Source: a virus. From it: DNA of 64,000 nucleotides. Below, in pieces: positions 35,732-42,159 of this stretch; within the stretch, counting starts at the first letter, position 1, and every line of letters begins with the position of its first letter. The stretch lies in IMG/VR virus record IMGVR_UViG_3300045988_103180; one strand, written 5' to 3'. Position numbers and translations under genes: made by a program. The notes below the pieces were generated by a model. The model was not told the origin of the DNA. It ran no database searches and worked only from the letters and a program-made list of their open reading frames with translations.

Positions 35732-35825
35732 GCGCCGGCACTCCGATTGGCCTTGAGAGCGGGGACTCAAAATCCTTTGGCGGTAACCATTCCGCATGTC
35801 GGTCCGAATCCGACCCGGCGTACCA
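35732..35825 (+). tRNA. tRNA-Leu(CAA), type II, CCA encoded
   Basis: Acceptor GCGCCGG/CCGGCGT, anticodon loop CTCAAAA, long variable arm GCGG..CCGC, T-arm GTCGG-TCCGAAT-CCGAC. Confidence 0.6.
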
Positions 35826-35827
35826 TT

Positions 35828-35912
35828 GCCGCAGTATTCCTTTAAAGACGAGGGGAAGACTGTAAATCTTCTGTCTATGACTGGCTAGGAGCGTTACCTA
35901 GATGCGGCACCA
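35828..35912 (+). tRNA. tRNA-Tyr(GTA)-like gene with non-canonical T-loop and D-arm, CCA encoded
   Basis: Anticodon arm GAAGA-CTGTAAA-TCTTC is canonical. The T-arm CTAGG-AGCGTTA-CCTAG lacks TTC, and the 7th acceptor pair is mismatched. Confidence 0.35.
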
Positions 35913-35920
35913 ATGTTTAT

Positions 35921-35996
35921 TAAATGCGTGATTAAGATTCAGTTACTTCGTATGGGCTTATGTATTGTAACACTGAATCTAACTTTTCCGCATTTA
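35921..35996 (+). ncRNA. repeat-family structured RNA, copy R1
   Basis: P1 AAATGCG/CGCATTT, UGAU, P2 AGATTCAG/CTGAATCT, TTACTTCG, AACTTTTC. Confidence 0.55.
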
Positions 35997-36008
35997 TTTG
36001 TTTACCAT

Positions 36009-36114
36009 AATGCGTGATAATAAATCAGTTACTTCATTCTGGAAAAATGCGCTTGCAGGTTCGACTCCTGCTCTGTATCGGTATACATTTTACTGATTTA
36101 GCCTTTTCCGCATT
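36009..36114 (+). ncRNA. repeat-family structured RNA, copy R2 (carries a T-arm-like insert)
   Basis: P1 AATGCG/CGCATT, UGAU, P2 TAAATCAG/CTGATTTA, TTACTTCA. Insert GCAGG-TTCGACT-CCTGC plus hairpin TGTAT-cggt-ATACA. Confidence 0.55.
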
Positions 36115-36130
36115 TACTTTATTAAAGTAG

Positions 36131-36212
36131 GCGATACGTGATAACGTTTCAGATACTTCAAATCTCCATTCTGAGCTGATTACTCAAACTGAAACACCTA
36201 TTTCCGTATCGC
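36131..36212 (+). ncRNA. repeat-family structured RNA, copy R3
   Basis: P1 GCGATACG/CGTATCGC, UGAU, P2 GTTTCAG/CTGAAAC, ATACTTCA. The insert shares CATTCTGAGCTG with the tRNA-Thr 5' end. Confidence 0.55.
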
Positions 36213-36222
36213 TTTCTCTTGT

Positions 36223-36334
36223 GCGGCAAGTGATTAGTAAAGAGTTACTTCGTTATATGATATGTTTAAATAAGAGCAACTTTCACTAGAAAGAGGCAAC
36301 CCCACCTATACTCTTTACACTTTTTCCTTACCGT
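36223..36334 (+). ncRNA. repeat-family structured RNA, copy R4
   Basis: P1 GCGGCAAG/CTTACCGT (one mismatch), UGAU, P2 GTAAAGAG/CTCTTTAC, TTACTTCG, ACTTTTTC. Confidence 0.5.
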
Positions 36335-36386
36335 TATTTGTAAACCCCTTTCTCGCCTATATAGTGTGCGAGCTATATAGACACAA

Positions 36387-36467
36387 ATGTGCGTGATTAT
36401 TATTCAGTTACTTCATATAGCAATTTTTATGACCATCCAACACTGAATAAACTTTTTCCGCACACAT
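36387..36467 (+). ncRNA. repeat-family structured RNA, copy R5
   Basis: P1 ATGTGCG/CGCACA(ca)T, UGAU, P2 TTATTCAG/CTGAATAA, TTACTTCA, ACTTTTTC. Confidence 0.55.
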
Positions 36468-36478
36468 TGATATTTTAT

Positions 36479-36506
36479 AGGGACTCTTTTGAGTCCCTAT
36501 TTTTTG
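36479..36506 (+). terminator. rho-independent terminator
   Basis: AGGGACTC-tttt-GAGTCCCT followed by ATTTTTTG. Confidence 0.6.
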
Positions 36507-36536
36507 TTGACTATTGGCTATATATTATGCTATAAT
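36507..36536 (+). promoter_or_regulatory. sigma70-type promoter
   Basis: TTGACT-18-TATAAT. Confidence 0.55.
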
Positions 36537-36563
36537 ATATTTAAGAAATCGAAAGGAGATTCA

Positions 36564-37100
36564 ATGAGCATCTTTGTAGTCAGTGACACTCATTTTTCGC
36601 ATCAGAATATTATCAATTATTGTGAGAAGTCGCGTGCTTTTAATACGGTTGATGACATGAACGAAGACATCATCGAAAGGTGGAATTCCGTTGTATCTCC
36701 TGATGATACTATCTATCATCTTGGTGATTGCTTCATGGGACCGCTTGAGACTGTAGCTAAATATGGTTCTCATCTCAATGGAAAGGTTCATGTGATTCCC
36801 GGCAATCATGATACCAAGAAACGCATTGCTGAAATGGAAAAGCTCGGCTGGATTATTGAAAACAAGGTATCTTGTCTTGATTACAATGATGTCAGTTTCA
36901 TTATGATTCACGAGCGCCCCGAGGAAATGCGTGGAGACAGCGCCAATGTCATTCTATACGGTCATGTTCATGATGCGGCTCCCAAGGGCCTTGTTGATTG
37001 GACATATCATGTAGGTGTTGACACTAATAATCTTACTCCTGTTAATATTCATGACATTTGGCTCGATGTCCAGCAGAAGAAGATTGAGCTTGGAGAGTAA
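36564..37100 (+). CDS. calcineurin-like metallophosphoesterase
   Basis: MSIFVVSDTHFSH, YHLGDCF, IPGNHD, GHVH. Start at 36564 behind GAAAGGAG. Confidence 0.75.
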   Translation: MSIFVVSDTHFSHQNIINYCEKSRAFNTVDDMNEDIIERWNSVVSPDDTIYHLGDCFMGPLETVAKYGSHLNGKVHVIPGNHDTKKRIAEMEKLGWIIENKVSCLDYNDVSFIMIHERPEEMRGDSANVILYGHVHDAAPKGLVDWTYHVGVDTNNLTPVNIHDIWLDVQQKKIELGE

Positions 37101-37101
37101 A

Positions 37102-37296
37102 ATGGAAGTCAAGCATAAGGTCCAGCGTATCTGCGGCAATTGCAGATTTTACAAAAATTGCAGTTGCTATCGCTTTCCTCCAAATGTAATTATTGACCCA
37201 ACAGATTATAATATCTATACAGTACATCCTTCACCGCAAAGTGGAGATAGGTGCGGTGAATGGGCAATTCATCCTAAATTGGAGAAATATGAGTGA
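37102..37296 (+). CDS. hypothetical zinc-ribbon-like protein
   Basis: 64 aa behind GGAGAG. CGNCRFYKNCSC...GDRCGEW. Confidence 0.4.
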   Translation: MEVKHKVQRICGNCRFYKNCSCYRFPPNVIIDPTDYNIYTVHPSPQSGDRCGEWAIHPKLEKYE

Positions 37297-37561
37297 AATG
37301 TGTAGTATGCACCTTAATAAAATGACTGCTATGATTCTTGATTTCATTGTGTACCTTAGTCAGCAGAAAGATATTGAGAAGATTGTAGATAAACTTAAAA
37401 AGGTTGACCGTGCTGTTTTCCATGACCTTGTTGTAAATGCTATGGAAAAGAATCCTTCTCATACTAGCACTTATTGTGCTGAGCAGTTATGGAACATGGC
37501 TCCACTTACATCTTTAGCTCTCTTGGATTGGCTTAATAATTTCAACGAATTTTATGCCTAA
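37289..37561 (+). CDS. hypothetical protein
   Basis: 90-aa frame from the ATG at 37289 behind GGAGAAA. Confidence 0.4.
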   Translation: MSEMCSMHLNKMTAMILDFIVYLSQQKDIEKIVDKLKKVDRAVFHDLVVNAMEKNPSHTSTYCAEQLWNMAPLTSLALLDWLNNFNEFYA

Positions 37562-37568
37562 TTTTTTC

Positions 37569-37598
37569 TTGACTTTTGGTTAAAAGATATGCTATAAT
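37569..37598 (+). promoter_or_regulatory. sigma70-type promoter
   Basis: TTGACT-18-TATAAT. Confidence 0.55.
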
Positions 37599-37630
37599 AT
37601 AGTTAAAGAAACCAAGAGAAAGAAGAAATA

Positions 37631-37804
37631 ATGGTTGAAGCGACTAATATATGCGGTAATTGCAAATATTATGAGTCTACAGACCTTTGGTATCTAGGCA
37701 TTTGCCGCAAGCATTTAATTGATGACGAACCTGACAAGGTATGCGTTAATGATTGGATGTGCAATGATGGAGAGTATGACGAAGAGGAATACAATGGAGA
37801 TTAG
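37631..37804 (+). CDS. hypothetical 57-aa Cys-rich protein
   Basis: Below the ORF-track cutoff. Leader AACCAAGAGAAAGAAG. CGNCKYYES...GICRKH...CVNDWMC resembles ORF 37102. Confidence 0.4.
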   Translation: MVEATNICGNCKYYESTDLWYLGICRKHLIDDEPDKVCVNDWMCNDGEYDEEEYNGD

Positions 37805-37955
37805 TAAATCTGACCGTGACACATACTTTGACCTGCTTTATGATATGTACGATGCCGACTTGGTTGATGTTGCTTTAGAGACTCTTGGCGAGAATGAGCT
37901 GCTTGATGGCATTCCTGCTATGCTTAAAGACTATTATTTTGACGAAGATTGCTAA
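37794..37955 (+). CDS. hypothetical acidic protein
   Basis: The ATG at 37794 overlaps the upstream stop. 53 aa. Confidence 0.35.
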   Translation: MEISKSDRDTYFDLLYDMYDADLVDVALETLGENELLDGIPAMLKDYYFDEDC

Positions 37956-38855
37956 ATGAAAGTAGCGGTTATGAATTTTAAGACTTTTGAAGGAAATTCT
38001 GGCGATATATGGAAGTATGTCTTTACGAAAGAAGATATGGTCGCCGAAGCGGTTCTATATAAATATAATAGTTACTACGATAGAACTGTAATTTGTTGCA
38101 GCGTTATGAGTGGTTGTCCTGTTGGATGTCTCTTTTGCGGCACTGGTTCTAAATTTGTTAGGAATCTTACTGCTGATGAAATTGTAGATCAGATTGTAAC
38201 CGTCTTAACTAATAAAGGTTTAATTAATGACATTAATGAAAAGTGTAAAAAATTACAGTTTATGTTTATGAGCATGGGTGAGCCTATGTTAAATTGGGTA
38301 GAAGTTGAAAAAGCAATTGTCAATCTTCATAAAAAGTTTAGTAATGCTCAGTTACTACTTTCGACTATTGGCTGTGATAATGATGAAACTTTTGCAAAGA
38401 TGATTGCTCTATCTAAGAAGATAGATAAAATTGGTTTGCAATTTTCTATTCATAAGTCCAATGACGCAGAGCGGAATGTGTTAATTCCATTCAAGAAGAA
38501 AATGAATCTTCAAAAGATTAGGGATGTTGGAACTGTTTGGTGGAAAGAAACCGGTAGGCATCCATTCTTAAACTACTGCATTGATGGAACGAATAATGAA
38601 GATAAGAACTTTAAAGAACTTACAGACCTGTTTTCTCCTGTAATCTTTAATTTTACTTTTAGTGTAGTTTGCGCATCTGATGAAACTATGAAAGATGCTG
38701 CGTTTAGAAACTTAGATGTTATTAAGAAGTTTCAGGATAAGTTCTTAGAAAAGGGTTATAATGTAAGGACATTTGACCCAGCTGGTCAAGATGATATTGG
38801 TGGTGGGTGCGGCCAGCTTTGGTATGTTCAGAAGTGGCTAAAGTCTCACCAATAG
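37956..38855 (+). CDS. RlmN/Cfr-family radical-SAM RNA (adenine C2/C8) methyltransferase, N-terminally short
   Basis: SGCPVGCLFCGTGSKFVRNLTADEIVDQIV (RlmN GCALECKFCSTAQ..RNL..EI..Q), FMSMGEPMLN, and the C-terminal catalytic Cys region GQDDIGGGCGQLW. Confidence 0.7.
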   Translation: MKVAVMNFKTFEGNSGDIWKYVFTKEDMVAEAVLYKYNSYYDRTVICCSVMSGCPVGCLFCGTGSKFVRNLTADEIVDQIVTVLTNKGLINDINEKCKKLQFMFMSMGEPMLNWVEVEKAIVNLHKKFSNAQLLLSTIGCDNDETFAKMIALSKKIDKIGLQFSIHKSNDAERNVLIPFKKKMNLQKIRDVGTVWWKETGRHPFLNYCIDGTNNEDKNFKELTDLFSPVIFNFTFSVVCASDETMKDAAFRNLDVIKKFQDKFLEKGYNVRTFDPAGQDDIGGGCGQLWYVQKWLKSHQ

Positions 38856-38876
38856 TTTAAAAGCAGTTACAGTAAT

Positions 38877-38948
38877 GCGAAATTCGTACAACGGTTAGGA
38901 CATCCTGCTTATAACGGGAAGACGAAAGTTCAACTCTTTCATTTCGTA
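38877..38948 (+). tRNA. tRNA-Ile(TAT)
   Basis: Acceptor GCGAAAT/ATTTCGT, anticodon arm TCCTG-CTTATAA-CGGGA, T-arm GAAAG-TTCAACT-CTTTC. Confidence 0.7.
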
Positions 38949-38963
38949 CCTCTAACTTTTTTC

Positions 38964-38993
38964 TTGACAATTGCATATTGAATATGATATAAT
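38964..38993 (+). promoter_or_regulatory. sigma70-type promoter driving permuted tRNA-like RNA 2 and the tRNA cluster
   Basis: TTGACA-18-TATAAT. Confidence 0.55.
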
Positions 38994-39003
38994 ATAGTTA
39001 TCA

Positions 39004-39097
39004 AGTCGAGCATAGAGCAGATGTGGGTTCGACTCCCATCCTTGCCCGACAAGGGCGAGGTAGTTTAATTGGTTAAATACGGTTCTTACGTTCGACT
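39004..39097 (+). ncRNA. circularly permuted tRNA-like RNA 2 (YrlA-class Y-RNA candidate)
   Basis: Terminal stem AGTCGAG/TTCGACT. T-arm GTGGG-TTCGACT-CCCAT. 8-bp acceptor-like stem CCTTGCCC/GGGCGAGG closed by GACAA. D-arm GTTT-AATTGGTT-AAAT. Confidence 0.55.
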
Positions 39098-39214
39098 AGA
39101 TATATAGAAAATATAGGAAATAGCTTAACCCTATATTTTCAACTTCTAAAGCCTAGCTAGCTTTAGATTAAAAGGTTCGCAACTATCCTTAAAATGGTTG
39201 CCACTAGTGACGGT

Positions 39215-39286
39215 GTGTTAGTAGTTTAACTGGCAGAATTGCAAGGTGACGTTCTTGAGATTGGAGTTCGAATCTCCACTAGCGCA
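39215..39286 (+). tRNA. tRNA-like gene with 8-nt anticodon loop (Val-GAC-like)
   Basis: Acceptor GTGTTAG/CTAGCGC (two G-U pairs), D-arm GTTT..GAAT, T-arm TGGAG-TTCGAAT-CTCCA. The anticodon stem CAAG/CTTG encloses GTGACGTT. Confidence 0.4.
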
Positions 39287-39294
39287 CGAAAATT

Positions 39295-39369
39295 TCTCTA
39301 TGGTGTAATTGGCAGCACAACGGATTTTGGTTCCGTTAGTTTATGTTCGAGTCATAATAGAGAAGCCAA
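39295..39369 (+). tRNA. tRNA-Gln(TTG), CCA encoded
   Basis: U1-A72 acceptor TTCTCTA/TAGAGAA, anticodon arm ACGGA-TTTTGGT-TCCGT, T-loop TTCGAGT. Confidence 0.8.
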
Positions 39370-39373
39370 CATG

Positions 39374-39446
39374 TCCATGTAGCTCAGTAGGTAGAGCAGC
39401 AGACTGAAAATCTGCGTGTCGGTAGTTCAATTCTACCCGTGGACAC
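39374..39446 (+). tRNA. tRNA-Phe(GAA)
   Basis: Acceptor GTCCATG/CGTGGAC, anticodon arm GCAGA-CTGAAAA-TCTGC, T-loop TTCAATT. Confidence 0.85.
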
Positions 39447-39454
39447 CTTATATG

Positions 39455-39526
<72 letters not shown>

Positions 39527-39541
39527 CCTTTAGTTTTCTTT

Positions 39542-39615
39542 GGCAGTGTAGCTTAGATGGTTAGAGCGCACGGCTCATACCCGTGAGGTCATTAGTTCAA
39601 ATCTAATCACTGTCA
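39542..39615 (+). tRNA. tRNA-Met/Ile2(CAT)
   Basis: Acceptor GGCAGTG/CACTGTC, anticodon arm CACGG-CTCATAC-CCGTG, T-loop TTCAAAT. Confidence 0.85.
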
Positions 39616-39623
39616 CCTTATAT

Positions 39624-39708
39624 GCGGCTATGGCGGAAGTGGCAGACGCGCTAGCTTTAGGTACTAGTGGGGAAACCCATGCAGGTTCGATTCCTGCTAG
39701 CCGCACCA
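39624..39708 (+). tRNA. tRNA-Leu(TAG), type II, CCA encoded
   Basis: Acceptor GCGGCTA/TAGCCGC, anticodon loop TTTAGGT, variable arm GGGG-aaa-CCC, T-arm GCAGG-TTCGATT-CCTGC. Confidence 0.75.
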
Positions 39709-39723
39709 AGTATTTTGTTTTGA

Positions 39724-40500
39724 ATGGATGTAATTATGTGTAATTATATTGACCACATTGATGCTGTTATTACTCATTATTGTAATTTTAACTGTCCTTT
39801 TTGTATTGATAAATTTAAAACAAATATTAAGAATCCTCAGAATGAATTTAATAAAGAATATTTTAATGATTTTTTAAATTCTTTAAATAAAAAAGAAAGT
39901 TCTGGCGATATTAAGATTAATTCTAATCGTGAGGTTCTATTTTTGGGTGGTGAACCAACAACTGTTGGTTTTAATTTACTGAAGGATTATGCTAATATTG
40001 TTAGTCGTAATGGTTTTCATCCAATTATATCAACTAATGGTGTTGATAAAAACACAATTAAAAAGATTCTTCCATATTTCGATTGGGTACAGGTAACGGC
40101 TCATAGCAAGAAAGAGATTGATGAATGGCGTACGTATAATACGTATGGGAATATCAATCTTAAAATTGCTGGAGATAGTCATTTTACGTATGATAAGTTA
40201 AATTATTTAATTGATAATTGTAAAGATTTTACTCGTCGTAGCGTATCCATGTATTTTACAAAAGATTTTGTTGAATTATGTAAAGATAAAGAAATTTGGA
40301 ATCTTTTAGATTCTTTAAATAATTGGAAAACCAATGGAAGTTACGAGTATGCTTTTTATAAAGATGTTCGTATTAAGAAATGTATACATGGATTAACAAA
40401 TATTATTGATGAACCCACTGTCCCAAAGATTTATGATAAGAAATATAATAAAACATGGGATAATGAAGAATTAGATGATTATTTAAATCTATTTATATAG
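39724..40500 (+). CDS. radical-SAM enzyme of unknown specificity
   Basis: CNFNCPFC (CxxxCxxC) near the N-terminus. VLFLGGEPT SAM-binding motif. Very AT-rich codons. Confidence 0.65.
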   Translation: MDVIMCNYIDHIDAVITHYCNFNCPFCIDKFKTNIKNPQNEFNKEYFNDFLNSLNKKESSGDIKINSNREVLFLGGEPTTVGFNLLKDYANIVSRNGFHPIISTNGVDKNTIKKILPYFDWVQVTAHSKKEIDEWRTYNTYGNINLKIAGDSHFTYDKLNYLIDNCKDFTRRSVSMYFTKDFVELCKDKEIWNLLDSLNNWKTNGSYEYAFYKDVRIKKCIHGLTNIIDEPTVPKIYDKKYNKTWDNEELDDYLNLFI

Positions 40501-41251
40501 TTTAAGACAGTATTAAATACAGAATAATGATAACTCGCAGCGCTTCTTTATAGCGAAACTTGACAGAGAGAGGTTTAATACTGTTTATAATGGGGGCATG
40601 GATATAGTCATGATGTAGCTAGATTCTCATGGATGATGACAGCTTAACCAATTCTGGTTCGAGTCCAGGCGTGTCTTAGCTTAGACGGAAAATAAGCAGC
40701 CATGTGTTTATGATTATGTTATTTTGCAAAAGACATGTAGTGTAATTGGCAACACGCCCTACTTTCGGAGTAGATAACCAGCGGGGAGCTGGGTTTGCCT
40801 GCTAAGCAAAACGTGCTTATTATAAGCATTCGGGTCGGAACCGAATTACTCCGCCATATAATACCTGCCCCTATTGGCAGTGGTTTTTAAGATTTTCCCG
40901 AAAAAAATCTTTTGCGGTAGAATAGGCAACGCCGCACAGCTATTCGAGAGGATAGCGAGCCTTCTCGCTAGGAGATAAGCGAGTGCTTTCACGGAGTAAT
41001 TGGTGAGCTGAAACACCGTAAAAACAGACCCTCTGGATGCGCCGTGAATACGCATCCTGCTTTGGCTAATCAACTGGTCCAGCGACTAGGCCCGCCTAGA
41101 AAGCGGTGCGTTCCCAAGAGGGAATGGAGGGCAGCACTTCGGTTAGCCGCCATAAGGAAGCAGAACCGGACCAGTGTTCGGACTCGCCTCGAAAGCGATG
41201 TGTCCCGCGAGGGATGGGTAGCGTCAACTCCTGCTTCTGCCATATATTACG
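40501..41251 (+). ncRNA. large ornate structured RNA (GOLLD/ROOL-class candidate) with an embedded permuted tRNA-like module
   Basis: About 750 nt, G+C-richer, no RBS-preceded ORF. Many short hairpins, several tetraloop-capped (TCCC-gcga-GGGA, TTCCC-aaga-GGGAA, GGATGCG..CGCATCC, AGCGAG..CTCGCT). Long-range pair ACAGTATTAAA (40507) / TTTAATACTGT (40575). Confidence 0.5.
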
Positions 41252-41289
41252 TAGGGTAACTTCTTTTATAGAAGTTACCCTATTTTTTT
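41252..41289 (+). terminator. rho-independent terminator
   Basis: TAGGGTAACTTC-ttttata-GAAGTTACCCTA followed by TTTTTTT. Confidence 0.7.
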
Positions 41290-41290
41290 A

Positions 41291-41320
41291 TTGACATACA
41301 GCAATTCAAAATGATATAAT
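41291..41320 (+). promoter_or_regulatory. sigma70-type promoter
   Basis: TTGACA-18-TATAAT. Confidence 0.55.
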
Positions 41321-41354
41321 ATATTTAAAGAAAAGCCAAGAGAAAGGTTATCTC

Positions 41355-41708
41355 ATGAGCAACACCGATGATATGCTTTATGAACAGTGTAAGTGTATTT
41401 CAGAAGAACTTGATGAACTTGTAGACAAATATAATAATTCTGATGACTGCGATGAATTCATAGAATATTTTGACGATAACTATGGAATTGACTATATATG
41501 GCGTATGGGTGTAGGCCTTATCGGTGTGCGCGTTCTTGTTGCTTTTGGTGGCCCCAATATCTATATTGATACTTTTGATGGCGTTGTCCGTGGCTACTGG
41601 GGCAGCACGCAGTCCTATCCTTTGCATTATAATGTAGTTGATACTCTCAATGACTATTTTGAGGATTGCGCGGCAGAAAATATTTATTTTGATAGTCATC
41701 GTAATTAA
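41355..41708 (+). CDS. hypothetical acidic protein
   Basis: 117-aa ORF behind the leader GCCAAGAGAAAGG. Confidence 0.45.
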   Translation: MSNTDDMLYEQCKCISEELDELVDKYNNSDDCDEFIEYFDDNYGIDYIWRMGVGLIGVRVLVAFGGPNIYIDTFDGVVRGYWGSTQSYPLHYNVVDTLNDYFEDCAAENIYFDSHRN

Positions 41709-41712
41709 TATC

Positions 41713-41741
41713 TTGATTATTGGCTTTATATCTAGTATAAT
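41713..41741 (+). promoter_or_regulatory. sigma70-type promoter
   Basis: TTGATT-17-TATAAT. Confidence 0.5.
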
Positions 41742-41775
41742 ATATTTAAAGAAAGCTAAGAGAAAGAAATATAAG

Positions 41776-42150
41776 ATGCCTACTTTCATTTGTACTGTGT
41801 GTCAAAATAGAATTAAAGAACATGGCAGCAATGTCGATTGTGGATATTATAACGATACTCGTCAGATGATTGAAGACACGACAAAGTTATATGATAAAAG
41901 TTTTCTTTGTCCGCATTTTTGTCACGTTAGGTATCACAATATAGGTGTATGTAAATCAAAGAAAAAATACGCTAACAGATATGATGCGTTATGTGCGGCT
42001 AAGATGATATTCGTCAATAGCTCAAAAACCTTGCGTCCATATAAGTGCAAGATGTGCAAGTTTTGGCATTTAACGCATCAGTATAATAGCAATTATAATC
42101 CAGAAAAAGAGTACGATAAAGCTAGAAAAGCAAACCGCTTGTATGATTAG
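41776..42150 (+). CDS. hypothetical multi-zinc-finger protein
   Basis: The ATG at 41776 follows the leader GCTAAGAGAAAGAAA. CTVCQN..., CPHFCH, CKMCKFWH. Confidence 0.45.
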   Translation: MPTFICTVCQNRIKEHGSNVDCGYYNDTRQMIEDTTKLYDKSFLCPHFCHVRYHNIGVCKSKKKYANRYDALCAAKMIFVNSSKTLRPYKCKMCKFWHLTHQYNSNYNPEKEYDKARKANRLYD

Positions 42151-42159
42151 GAGATAAAT

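Noticed and set aside
40846-41294. Track ORFs of 75, 71 and 62 aa inside the 40.5-41.3 kb region.
   Set aside because: They have no RBS or family leader. Their compositions are R/G/P/A-rich in the way of random frames in G+C-rich structured RNA. They overlap each other and the hairpins, so the region is better explained as non-coding RNA.
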